A stretch of 47,674 nucleotides of DNA from a bacterium (GCA_037130055.1 JBAXTS010000003.1:1-47674); one strand, 5' to 3'; positions 17,018 to 24,672 are shown, counted from the first letter of the stretch. Notes: generated by a model from the sequence alone, not told the origin. A program made the numbers and translations.

Positions 17018-17199
17018 AAATAATTGATTTTGCTAATCACATCACGCAAGTCGATTAAGCGCGATGCCATGGGACAGCTTCGTAATATCTCATTTTTTTT
17101 CTTTAAGCCTTTTAGAATAAAGGATTAAAGGAGAAAAATGGATTGATCGAAGCCCTATTCCCTTGCATAGATACTAGCAGAAAAATGAAAAAGAGTCAA
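17018..17199 (-). promoter_or_regulatory. Internal promoter and structured ~150-nt leader of rpsN-rpsH
   Basis: TTGACT-17-TAGTAT (17199..17171); long irregular hairpin 17162..17071; 9-bp hairpin 17067..17039. Confidence 0.65.
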
Positions 17200-17216
17200 C
17201 TTTATAAAACAAACCA

Positions 17217-17786
17217 TTATCTTTTTTTAGATTCTTCTTCCTTCTTAAATGGCACACCTAAAAGTTCAAAGAATGTTGTTCCTTCTTTTTTGTCTTTTGC
17301 TGTAGAAACCAATGTAATAGACATTCCAAAAACATCTCGGATATCTTCGTCTGCTGTTTCTGGGAAAATTGTATGTTCTTTTATGCCCAAGGTAAGATTG
17401 CCAATACTGTCCACTGCCTTACGATTGATACCACGAAAGTCCTTTGTACGAGGTAGAGCTACGTTAATAAGCTTTTCTAAGAAAGCATACATTCTCTTGC
17501 CTCTTAGGGTTGCAACTATCCCGATAGGATCACCCTGACGAATTTTAAACGATGCAACTGATTGCTTTGCTCCTCGTGGCGCAGTCTTCTGGCCAGTGAT
17601 TTTAGCCAAGCGGTCTCCAATAGCTTCGTTCTTATTCTTGTCCTTCTTCACCATTGTTCCCGTTCCGACATTAATAACAACCTTCACCATTTTTGGGGCT
17701 GCATTTATGTTTTTATAATTGAAAACTCCTTTCATTTTTTCAAATACCTCGCTTTCTTTTTCTTTTATAGTTAAATGTTTCGCCAT
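17217..17786 (-). CDS. rplE: 50S ribosomal protein L5
   Basis: ITGQK, VASFKIRQG, TLRGKRMY, LPRTKDFRG. Confidence 0.98.
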   Translation of the reverse strand: MAKHLTIKEKESEVFEKMKGVFNYKNINAAPKMVKVVINVGTGTMVKKDKNKNEAIGDRLAKITGQKTAPRGAKQSVASFKIRQGDPIGIVATLRGKRMYAFLEKLINVALPRTKDFRGINRKAVDSIGNLTLGIKEHTIFPETADEDIRDVFGMSITLVSTAKDKKEGTTFFELLGVPFKKEEESKKR

Positions 17787-17795
17787 AAATTTTTA

Positions 17796-18101
17796 TTAAA
17801 CCTCTTGATTACTCTTTCGGGCAATTCTGACCATTTTGCCACCTACTACCTTTTTTCCAAGTCGTGTAACAGTACCATCCTTTGGATCAAGCATCATTAC
17901 ATTTGAAGCATGAATAGGCATTTCTATGTCTTTCATTGTTCCCTTCTCTCCTGACTTTCGTGGGCGCTGGTGTTTCTTCATCATGTTCAATCCCTCAACA
18001 ATAACTTTGTTTTCTTTGACCAAGACATTAACTATCTTGCCTTTTTTGCCTTTGTCTTTGCCTGTTACTATTATTATGTTGTCTCCTTTTTTTAATTTCA
18101 T
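17796..18101 (-). CDS. rplX: 50S ribosomal protein L24
   Basis: KKGD, GKDKGKKG, VEGLNM, PIHASNV. Confidence 0.98.
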   Translation of the reverse strand: MKLKKGDNIIIVTGKDKGKKGKIVNVLVKENKVIVEGLNMMKKHQRPRKSGEKGTMKDIEMPIHASNVMMLDPKDGTVTRLGKKVVGGKMVRIARKSNQEV

Positions 18102-18112
18102 ATTGTTTTTAT

Positions 18113-18163
18113 TTTTTCCTTCTCCCCCTCTCCTTTACAAGGAGAGGGGGTTAGGGGTGAGGT
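18113..18163 (-). repeat. GC-rich REP-like hairpin repeat, related copy
   Basis: CCTCACCCCTAACCCCCTCTCCTT-GTA-AAGGAGAGGGGG in the rplN-rplX spacer. Confidence 0.7.
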
Positions 18164-18164
18164 A

Positions 18165-18536
18165 TTAAATGACTTCCTGCGCTAATGAAATTATCTTCTG
18201 GAATCCTTTTTCTGCTAGCTCCCTTGGTATTGGTCCAAACACACGTCCGGCCTTGGGGTCCTTCTTTCCTTTTTCTAAAATAACGACAGCATTGTCATCA
18301 AAACGAATATATGAACCATCTTTTCGTCTGTAAGCACCGCGTGTACGCACGACGACAGCTTGATGGACATCCTTCTTTTTGACAGCTTTTCGTGGACTTG
18401 CAACTTTAACTGAAATAATTACAAGCTCACCCAAAGTAGCATATCTCTTCTTTGAAGAACCCAAAATCTTAAACACCTTTCCTACGGTGCCTCCAGCATT
18501 GTCTGTTATTTTTACCAAAGTTTCGTTTTGAATCAT
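18165..18536 (-). CDS. rplN: 50S ribosomal protein L14
   Basis: MIQ, DNAG, RRKDGSYIRFDDNA, RVFGP. Confidence 0.98.
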   Translation of the reverse strand: MIQNETLVKITDNAGGTVGKVFKILGSSKKRYATLGELVIISVKVASPRKAVKKKDVHQAVVVRTRGAYRRKDGSYIRFDDNAVVILEKGKKDPKAGRVFGPIPRELAEKGFQKIISLAQEVI

Positions 18537-18545
18537 AAAATTATT

Positions 18546-18827
18546 CTACTTTACAACTTTAAATCTCTTATCTTTAGAAATCGGCCTGGTTTCGATAATT
18601 TCTACATTGTCCCCTACTTTATACTTATTCTCTTCGTCGTGTGCTTTGTATTTCTTGCTGACCTTATAAAACTTTCCATAAAGTGGGTGCTTTATAAATC
18701 TAGAAACAGAAACAACAATGGTCTTGCTCATCTTATCAGAAACAACCACACCTTTTAATATGTTACCTGCCTGTCCGGTAGGCAGGCCCTTTTTTTCTGT
18801 ATTTTCTTTTATTGTTTTTGTTTTCAT
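18546..18827 (-). CDS. rpsQ: 30S ribosomal protein S17
   Basis: [29 protein letters not shown]. Confidence 0.97.
   Translation of the reverse strand: MKTKTIKENTEKKGLPTGQAGNILKGVVVSDKMSKTIVVSVSRFIKHPLYGKFYKVSKKYKAHDEENKYKVGDNVEIIETRPISKDKRFKVVK
18766..18786. repeat. Palindromic element inside the rpsQ N-terminal extension
   Basis: CCTGCCTGTCCGGTAGGCAGG, read within GLPTGQAG. Confidence 0.75.
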
Positions 18828-18852
18828 TTTTCTTTATAACTTTATGAGCCTT

Positions 18853-19056
18853 CTACTTTATAACTTTCTTCTTGTTTAATTCTGTCAATATTCTTGCTAT
18901 CTGTTTCTTCGTTGCCTGATTCTCTTTTACGTTTTTTGATTTAGAGCCTTCAGATTTAAAATGTGAGACTCTAAGGTTTTCACGAAGCAAAGCAAGCTCT
19001 TTTACAAGCTCCTCCTTTTTCATTCCTTTAAAATTTTCTTTTTTCTTTGTTGCCAT
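18853..19056 (-). CDS. rpmC: 50S ribosomal protein L29
   Basis: KKQIARILTEL; lies between rplP and rpsQ. Confidence 0.93.
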   Translation of the reverse strand: MATKKKENFKGMKKEELVKELALLRENLRVSHFKSEGSKSKNVKENQATKKQIARILTELNKKKVIK

Positions 19057-19066
19057 TTCTTCTTTG

Positions 19067-19097
19067 ATTCGTAATTCGTAATTAATAATTCGTAATT
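19067..19097 (-). repeat. AATTACG heptamer element
   Basis: AATTACGAATTATTAATTACGAATTACGAAT in the rplP-rpmC spacer. Confidence 0.88.
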
Positions 19098-19101
19098 GAT
19101 T

Positions 19102-19530
19102 CTATTGTTTGTGAGCTCTGGAAATTATTCTTGTTTTAAGTGGAAGCTTCGAACCTGCCTTTCTCAATGCCTCATGTGCAACCTTCTCTTCTGCTCCATC
19201 AACTTCAAAAATAATTCTTCCTGGAAAAACATCAAAGCAGTATCCCTGTGGGTCTCCTTTTCCTTTACCCATGCCTACTTCTGCAGCCTTGGCAGTAAAA
19301 GGTCGATCCGGAAAGATTCTTACCCAATACTTTCCTGTTTTTGTAAGAGTACGAGAAATAACTTTTCTGGCTGACTCAATTTGATTTGATTTAACACGTG
19401 CCTGGCTCTCAGACTTCAATCCATAGGAACCAAAAGCAAGCTTAACACCACGAGTGTCGGGTGATTGAGACTTTGGATTTGAGCGCTGTGTTTGCCACTT
19501 TCTAAATTTTACTTTTTTTGGTACTAACAT
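19102..19530 (-). CDS. rplP: 50S ribosomal protein L16
   Basis: PKKVKFRK, QIESAR, WVRIFPD, MGKGKG. Confidence 0.98.
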   Translation of the reverse strand: MLVPKKVKFRKWQTQRSNPKSQSPDTRGVKLAFGSYGLKSESQARVKSNQIESARKVISRTLTKTGKYWVRIFPDRPFTAKAAEVGMGKGKGDPQGYCFDVFPGRIIFEVDGAEEKVAHEALRKAGSKLPLKTRIISRAHKQ

Positions 19531-19533
19531 ATA

Positions 19534-20235
19534 TTAATCCGTCTTTTTTTTACTTTCTAATGACTTTGCCTCCTTTTTCTTATCAGCAAAAATCTTTCCA
19601 CGATAAATCCACACCTTAACACCCACAACACCATATGATAGGGTTGCTCGTTCACGCTTGAAATCAATATCCGCGCGGAAAGTCTGAAGCGGGATACTTC
19701 CGCGCTTGAGCTCTTCCGTACGAGCAATTTCAGCTCCACCTAGACGACCGGACAATACTACTCTCGCACCTTCTACTCCGTGCGCTTGCATAACTTTTTC
19801 GATAATTTGCTTGATAACTCGGCGATACGGCAATCTCTTTTCCAATCCTTCTGCAATCATATAGGCAACGATAGCTGCATCAGCTTCTGGATTAGTAATT
19901 TCCATTATTTCTAACTTAAAATCTTCTGGTCGTGGAAGCTTCAAATTATCCATCTTTTTCAAAATATCTTCTTTTAGTTTTGTTGCTCCTTCTCCATTCC
20001 TGCCTATGATAAGACCCGGGCGAGAAGTTTTGATTATAAAACGAGTAGCTTTTCTGCTTCGCTCAATCTCTATTGTAGAAACATACATACCACGCAGCTT
20101 CTTTTCCAAGTATTGGCGTATTAAAACATCTCCCTTCAGATAGGTTACATATTTTTTGGGATCAGCAAACCAGCGAGACTTCCAGTCTCTTAATATTATC
20201 AATCTATGTGCATATGGATGTACTATTTTTGACAT
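19534..20235 (-). CDS. rpsC: 30S ribosomal protein S3
   Basis: RPGLIIGRNG, SGRLGGAEIARTE, PLQTFRADID, GVKVWIY. Confidence 0.98.
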   Translation of the reverse strand: MSKIVHPYAHRLIILRDWKSRWFADPKKYVTYLKGDVLIRQYLEKKLRGMYVSTIEIERSRKATRFIIKTSRPGLIIGRNGEGATKLKEDILKKMDNLKLPRPEDFKLEIMEITNPEADAAIVAYMIAEGLEKRLPYRRVIKQIIEKVMQAHGVEGARVVLSGRLGGAEIARTEELKRGSIPLQTFRADIDFKRERATLSYGVVGVKVWIYRGKIFADKKKEAKSLESKKKTD

Positions 20236-20239
20236 ATAA

Positions 20240-20644
20240 TTATTGTTTAATCTTCTTTAATTTTTTTCCGCCAGAGGCGGATCCGCCTCTCGCGGAAACT
20301 TTTGACTTTTTAACGGCAACTACTTTTTCTGCTAAAAGAAGACTAATATGACTTGTGCGCTTATTTATTCTGTGTCCGGTTCCCATAGCTGCAGGCATCA
20401 TTCTTTTCATGACGATACCCTTGTCCACGCGTAATTCCTTTATAAATAAATTATCCATTTCAACTCCTGCTTGTTTTGCATTAGCAATTGCAGAAAGTAA
20501 AAGTTTCTTTATTGGAAAACCAGCTCGCTTCGCCAAAAAATCAAGCTCTGCAATTGCTGCTCCTACATTCTTCCCTTTTATCAGGCCAGCAACTAAACGA
20601 ACCTTTCTTGGTGACTGTCTGTAATTTTTTAAAAATGCTTTCAT
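20240..20644 (-). CDS. rplV: 50S ribosomal protein L22
   Basis: RQSPRKVRLVA, SAIANA, RINKRTSHI. Confidence 0.97.
   Translation of the reverse strand: MKAFLKNYRQSPRKVRLVAGLIKGKNVGAAIAELDFLAKRAGFPIKKLLLSAIANAKQAGVEMDNLFIKELRVDKGIVMKRMMPAAMGTGHRINKRTSHISLLLAEKVVAVKKSKVSARGGSASGGKKLKKIKQ
20267..20296. repeat. Palindromic element inside the rplV C-terminal extension
   Basis: TCCGCCAGAGGCGGATCCGCCTCTCGCGGA, read as SARGGSASGG. Confidence 0.8.
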
Positions 20645-20664
20645 GTTATTTTTGTTTTGTTTTT

Positions 20665-20696
20665 GCTAAAGCCTAGCGCATAAGGCTTAGAGCTTA
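20665..20696 (+). repeat. Dispersed intergenic repeat, copy 2 (rpsS-rplV spacer)
   Basis: Close match to 3811..3843. Confidence 0.7.
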
Positions 20697-20700
20697 TTTT

Positions 20701-21057
20701 TTATTTCTTGTCTTTTCCTTTTGCATCGGCCGCGGCAGCGGTAGCTCCTTTGGCCTGGGTTATTTCGGCTTCTTTCTTCTTTTGTTCAAGCTCTTTCTGC
20801 ATCTTTCCTCCATGTTTCATAAATTTCTTTGTTGGTGAAAATTCTCCTAGTCTGTGACCAACCATATCTTCTGTGACAAGAACTTCAACATGAACCTTCC
20901 CGTTATATACACCAAAAGTAAAACCAAGCATCTCGGGAGAGATAACGCATGCTCTTTTCCATGTCTTAACCATAGGCGTCTGAAGCGGGTTTTTACCTGC
21001 AATCTTTTTTAAGAGCCTCTCATCAACATTTAGTCCTTTTTTGATTGATCTTGTCAT
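20701..21057 (-). CDS. rpsS: 30S ribosomal protein S19 with C-terminal extension
   Basis: MTRSIKKG, KTWKRA, VYNGK, MVGHRLGEFSPT. Confidence 0.98.
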   Translation of the reverse strand: MTRSIKKGLNVDERLLKKIAGKNPLQTPMVKTWKRACVISPEMLGFTFGVYNGKVHVEVLVTEDMVGHRLGEFSPTKKFMKHGGKMQKELEQKKKEAEITQAKGATAAAADAKGKDKK

Positions 21058-21081
21058 ATCTTGTTATCTTTTTGGGTAAAT

Positions 21082-21135
21082 AAAAAGCTCCTAACGAGCG
21101 TGGTTTTATAATAGCAAATTTAATATTAATGTCAA
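21082..21135 (-). promoter_or_regulatory. Promoter restarting the S10 operon at rpsS, with a 5' hairpin
   Basis: TTGACA-16-(TGc)TATTAT, then GCTC-GTTAG-GAGC-TTTTT. Confidence 0.75.
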
Positions 21136-21201
21136 CTAGATTCTAAAATACCATTACAATAAAAAGCTAAAACAAAAAAATGTAAAATTCACACTTTTAT
21201 T

Positions 21202-21244
21202 AAAAAGATTGGTGCCCCGGTCCGACTTGCGATCGGGCCAGGGC
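21202..21244 (-). terminator. Terminator of array unit 1
   Basis: GCCCTGGCCCGA..TCGGACCGGGGC hairpin followed by a T-run. Confidence 0.65.
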
Positions 21245-21250
21245 GTTATT

Positions 21251-21406
21251 CTATCGAGCCTTCTTTGAAGAACGAAACCACCGAACACGTTCTGTGGTAT
21301 TTCTAGCTTTGGCAGCCACGACTCTCCATGGACTCAACCATCGCTTTTTCGTTTCTTCAACCTTACCATCCGTCTCCGCCATTCTCCAAGTCTTCCTCTT
21401 TTGCAT
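21251..21406 (-). CDS. Small basic ORF (51 aa), array unit 1; coding status uncertain
   Basis: GGAGGGTGT before the ATG; MQKRKTWRMAETDGKVEE...; followed by a terminator. Confidence 0.4.
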   Translation of the reverse strand: MQKRKTWRMAETDGKVEETKKRWLSPWRVVAAKARNTTERVRWFRSSKKAR

Positions 21407-21434
21407 ACACCCTCCAGTAAATAGAAGAAAACTC

Positions 21435-21475
21435 AAAAAAAGTGAAACCCAGGGACGGCTAAAGTCGTCCCTGGG
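21435..21475 (-). terminator. Terminator of array unit 2
   Basis: CCCAGGGACG-8 nt-CGTCCCTGGG then TTTCACTTTTTTT. Confidence 0.75.
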
Positions 21476-21517
21476 CAAGATTAGAAACCAGTAAATTGTC
21501 CTGACTTCTATGACGAC

Positions 21518-21724
21518 CTATCTCTGGTCGAAACGCGACGGGCCACCCACCCCATATGTCTCGGCCAATTCTTGCCTGACACGTATCGCCCGTTTTAGAG
21601 ACTGGAATTTCTTCCGGTCTCGTACGCGAGCCCTCTTGGCCCACGCAGATGCCTTTCGGCCGGCACCTTTGAAAAATTGCATTCCTCCGGCAACAAAACC
21701 CCCAGCAAGGACGGGTGACGCCAT
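21518..21724 (-). CDS. Small basic ORF (68 aa), array unit 2; coding status uncertain
   Basis: GAGGAGG 8 nt before the ATG; MASPVLAGGFVAGGMQFFKG...; own promoter, 5' hairpin and terminator. Confidence 0.45.
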   Translation of the reverse strand: MASPVLAGGFVAGGMQFFKGAGRKASAWAKRARVRDRKKFQSLKRAIRVRQELAETYGVGGPSRFDQR

Positions 21725-21746
21725 AAACAATTCCTCCTCGTTGTTG

Positions 21747-21833
21747 TGAATCTGCTCCCACCGCTGGGAAACGGTTAACCATAGAAAGAGCAGATCCATT
21801 TAAAATATTATGCTTATAAAAAAATAAATGCAA
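21747..21833 (-). promoter_or_regulatory. Promoter and 5' stem-loop of array unit 2
   Basis: TTGCAT-17-TAATAT; stem TGGATCTGCTC/GAGCAGATTCA enclosing CCCAGCGG. Confidence 0.6.
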
Positions 21834-21847
21834 CAAAAAAAGTGTAT

Positions 21848-21884
21848 AAAAAAGCATGGCCTCCCGTATATTCTCGGGAGGCCA
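21848..21884 (-). terminator. Terminator of array unit 3
   Basis: TGGCCTCCCG-8 nt-CGGGAGGCCA then TGCTTTTTT. Confidence 0.8.
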
Positions 21885-21895
21885 GAAGACGATTG

Positions 21896-22063
21896 TTACT
21901 TCACGTAAAACGTGAAGGGGTCGTAGTCAACAGCGTCCCGCTGTTTGACTTCAACCTTTCCATCGCCTCTCTTTGGCGATGGTGGGACCCGGTGCCCCTC
22001 CGCCATTAGAGTATAATACCCCTGGCGCTCACCCTGACCCTGAGAAGGCTCCTCTTTCTTCAT
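21896..22063 (-). CDS. Small ORF (55 aa, not in ORF track), array unit 3; coding status uncertain
   Basis: AGGAGGGCGT before the ATG; translated by hand as MKKEEPSQGQGERQGYYTLMAEGHRVPPSPKRGDGKVEVKQRDAVDYDPFTFYVK. Confidence 0.4.
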   Translation of the reverse strand: MKKEEPSQGQGERQGYYTLMAEGHRVPPSPKRGDGKVEVKQRDAVDYDPFTFYVK

Positions 22064-22074
22064 ACGCCCTCCTG

Positions 22075-22157
22075 AATGAATCTGCTCCCCTGCCGCTGGG
22101 CAAGCTTTAGAAGAACTGATTCATTTATATTTATACAACTTTTCTAAAATAAAGCAA
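22075..22157 (-). promoter_or_regulatory. Promoter and 5' stem-loop of array unit 3
   Basis: TTGCTT-16-TATAAA; stem AATGAATCAGTTCTTCT/AGGGGAGCAGATTCATT enclosing CCCAGCGG. Confidence 0.55.
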
Positions 22158-22176
22158 GCAAAATAAGGGTATAAAT

Positions 22177-22207
22177 AAAAAAACAAATGTCTGGCATTCG
22201 TTTTTTT
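22177..22207 (-). terminator. Terminator after rplB
   Basis: AAAAAAACGAATG-CCAGA-CATTTGTTTTTTT. Confidence 0.65.
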
Positions 22208-22214
22208 ATTCTTC

Positions 22215-23057
22215 TTATTTATTTTTTCCAGTTTTCCTTCGAGATACAATAAATATATTTGAGTATTTTTTTGGTCCACGAGTCTTTCTTCCGCCTGTAA
22301 CCTTGCCCCACATGGTCTTTGGTCTCTTGGTTCCTCGTCCTTGTCTGCCTTCACCTCCACCGTATGGATGGTCAACAGGGTTCATGGCTGTACCGCGCAC
22401 AGTAGGACGAATTCCTTTCCAGCGACTGCGTCCTGCTTTACCATAATTTTCCAAATGATGCTCTTCGTTTGAAACAGTACCAACACAAGCCCAACAATTT
22501 TCATTTATTTTTCTGATTTCTGTTGATGGCATTTTCAAATTTGTATATCCGTCAGCATTTGCCACAACCTGAGCGAAAATTCCTGCGGAACGGCCAATCT
22601 TTGCTCCACCATTTTGTTTTATTTCAATATTGTAAACGAATGTTCCAACTGGAATATTCTTGAGAGGGAGTCTATTCCCTGGGTTTAATTCAGCTTTTTC
22701 TGATACCAAAAATGAATCTCCTGCCTTTACTGATTTTGGAATAACTACATATCTTTTTTCACCATCTCTATAAACAGCAAGACCAATGAAGGCTGAACGA
22801 TTTGGATCATATTCAACTGTTTTTATCTTTGCGGGAATATCTTTTTTGTTATATAAAAAATCAACTTCTCGGTAAAGACGCTTGTGCCCACTTCCCTTGT
22901 GTCTCATTGTAATACGTCCTTGACTATTACGTCCTACAGAACGCTTGAACCCATGAGTAAGAGACTTGGTAGGAGCTGTAGATGGAGTCAAAACTCCTCT
23001 ATAGCTCACATGAGTCATTTGTCTTCTTGATTTACTTGTAGGTTTATATGTTTTCAT
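22215..23057 (-). CDS. rplB: 50S ribosomal protein L2
   Basis: GRNSQGRIT, EYDPNRSA, GKAGRSRW, MNPVDHPYGGGEG. Confidence 0.99.
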   Translation of the reverse strand: MKTYKPTSKSRRQMTHVSYRGVLTPSTAPTKSLTHGFKRSVGRNSQGRITMRHKGSGHKRLYREVDFLYNKKDIPAKIKTVEYDPNRSAFIGLAVYRDGEKRYVVIPKSVKAGDSFLVSEKAELNPGNRLPLKNIPVGTFVYNIEIKQNGGAKIGRSAGIFAQVVANADGYTNLKMPSTEIRKINENCWACVGTVSNEEHHLENYGKAGRSRWKGIRPTVRGTAMNPVDHPYGGGEGRQGRGTKRPKTMWGKVTGGRKTRGPKKYSNIFIVSRRKTGKNK

Positions 23058-23087
23058 AAATTTATATGTGGCGTTATAAGCTCTTAG

Positions 23088-23357
23088 TTACACAAACTCT
23101 ATTTTGTCACCCTTTTTTAAATACACAAGAGCTTTTCTACCTCCACCTTTTGAACCCTCTTTACCTTTCGACATAACTATCTTTCTAGGGATACTTAAAA
23201 CATTTACTTTTACCGGATGCACTTTGTACAAAGTAAAAATAGCTTTCTTAATTTCTGTCTTGTTGGCAGACTTAGAAACATCAAAAGTGTAAACATTTTG
23301 CTCAAAAGCAAAAGACGCTTTTTCTGTAACTCTTGGATTTTTAATGATTGTTGTCAT
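23088..23357 (-). CDS. rplW: 50S ribosomal protein L23
   Basis: PRVTEKA, ANKTEIKKA, RKALVYL. Confidence 0.97.
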   Translation of the reverse strand: MTTIIKNPRVTEKASFAFEQNVYTFDVSKSANKTEIKKAIFTLYKVHPVKVNVLSIPRKIVMSKGKEGSKGGGRKALVYLKKGDKIEFV

Positions 23358-23359
23358 AA

Positions 23360-23387
23360 TATTATTTATAGTGAGCTTGTCGAACTA
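23360..23387 (-). repeat. TAGTTCGACAAGCTCACTATAAATAAT repeat, copy 2 (supplies the rplD stop codon)
   Basis: Matches 16415..16443. Confidence 0.85.
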
Positions 23388-24044
23388 TCCGCGTGACTCT
23401 AAAAACTTTACGGCTTCAGCTGGATTTTCTATTAAAAGATACTGGTGATTAAGTACATCGAGTGGATTCAAGTTTTTAAGAAAAACTATCTCAAGCTGGG
23501 GTAAATTTCTAAAACTCTTTTCTGCTTCTGTGTTTCTTCCGAATAATGCCACGAGTACTCGCTTCTTTTTTGAAGCCTCAAAGGCTTTTAATCCTGAAGC
23601 CTTCGCTAGATTCTTCATTACATCGACGGCTTTCTTTGTCTTCATCTCAGCCAATGAAAGAGTGTCAACAAATACAATTTCTTTATCTTTAAGTTTTCTA
23701 GAAAGTACTGAAAAAAGAGCTTGCGCGCGCATTTTCTTAGAAATTTTTCTCTTGTAGTTCTTTTCTGAAAGTGGACCATGAGTAACACCTCCACCAACCC
23801 AAATAGGAGAACGAGTCGAACCATGTCTTGCGCGACCAGTTCCTTTTTGCTTCCATGGCTTCTTTCCACCACCGCGCACTTCTCCGCGGTCCTTTGTGTC
23901 AGCCGTCCCAGCACGCTTGTTGCTACGCATGCCTTCTACTACTTGGTGAACCAAGTCTGCTCGCCACTTGGCAGCAAAAACCTTTTTGGAAAGATTTATT
24001 TCTCCAGCTGCAGCACCTTTTTGATTGTATATTTTTGCTTCCAT
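23385..24044 (-). CDS. rplD: 50S ribosomal protein L4
   Basis: RGEVRGGGKKPWKQKGTGRARHGS. Confidence 0.99.
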   Translation of the reverse strand: MEAKIYNQKGAAAGEINLSKKVFAAKWRADLVHQVVEGMRSNKRAGTADTKDRGEVRGGGKKPWKQKGTGRARHGSTRSPIWVGGGVTHGPLSEKNYKRKISKKMRAQALFSVLSRKLKDKEIVFVDTLSLAEMKTKKAVDVMKNLAKASGLKAFEASKKKRVLVALFGRNTEAEKSFRNLPQLEIVFLKNLNPLDVLNHQYLLIENPAEAVKFLESRG

Positions 24045-24053
24045 ATAAATTTA

Positions 24054-24668
24054 TTATCTTTGAACTATTTCAACTAAAGTACCACGTCGGCCAGCAATTG
24101 CGCCTTTAACAAGCATCAAATTATTTTCTTTATCTACAAAAATAACTTTAAGATTTTTCTGTGTAATACGATCAGAACCCATTCTACCTGCCATTCTCAT
24201 TCCTTTTGGAACGTGTGTTCGTAGTCCTCCACCAATACTTCCAGGCTCTCGCTCTGAGTGTTTTTGCCCGTGTGTGCGTGGGCCACCATGGAAACCATGA
24301 CGCTTCACAACACCTTGAAAACCTTTACCCTTAGAAACACTTGTTACCATTATTTTATCTCCTTCTACAAAGGATGATACATCAATCACATCACCCTCTT
24401 TGACATCAGTCTTGTCTGTAGGCTTTAGTCTAAATTCTTTTAAGCCTTTGTATGAAGCACCTTTCATTGTGCCTAGTTCTGGTTTTGAAATCCTTTCTTT
24501 TTTTTGTACTCCAAAACCAACCTGAACAGAATTGTATCCATCGATAGACTTTTCAAAAACTCGAGTTACCGTAATAGGAGAAATTGAAAGTATTGTAACT
24601 GGAATAGACTCTCCTTCTGCAGAGAAATACTCGGACATATTTTCTTTTGTTCCTAAAATAAATTTCAT
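24054..24668 (-). CDS. rplC: 50S ribosomal protein L3
   Basis: DGYNSVQ, SKGKGFQGVVKRH, REPGSIG, MAGRMG. Confidence 0.99.
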   Translation of the reverse strand: MKFILGTKENMSEYFSAEGESIPVTILSISPITVTRVFEKSIDGYNSVQVGFGVQKKERISKPELGTMKGASYKGLKEFRLKPTDKTDVKEGDVIDVSSFVEGDKIMVTSVSKGKGFQGVVKRHGFHGGPRTHGQKHSEREPGSIGGGLRTHVPKGMRMAGRMGSDRITQKNLKVIFVDKENNLMLVKGAIAGRRGTLVEIVQR

Positions 24669-24672
24669 ATTG

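Noticed and set aside
21459-21857. 132-aa ORF and the longer track versions of the array ORFs
   Set aside because: They cross predicted promoters or terminators; the shorter GGAGG-preceded starts fit the unit boundaries better.
21058-22214. rplB-rpsS insert as a group I/II intron or IS element
   Set aside because: It is intergenic, has internal promoters and terminators, and shows no recognisable intron core, transposase or terminal inverted repeats.
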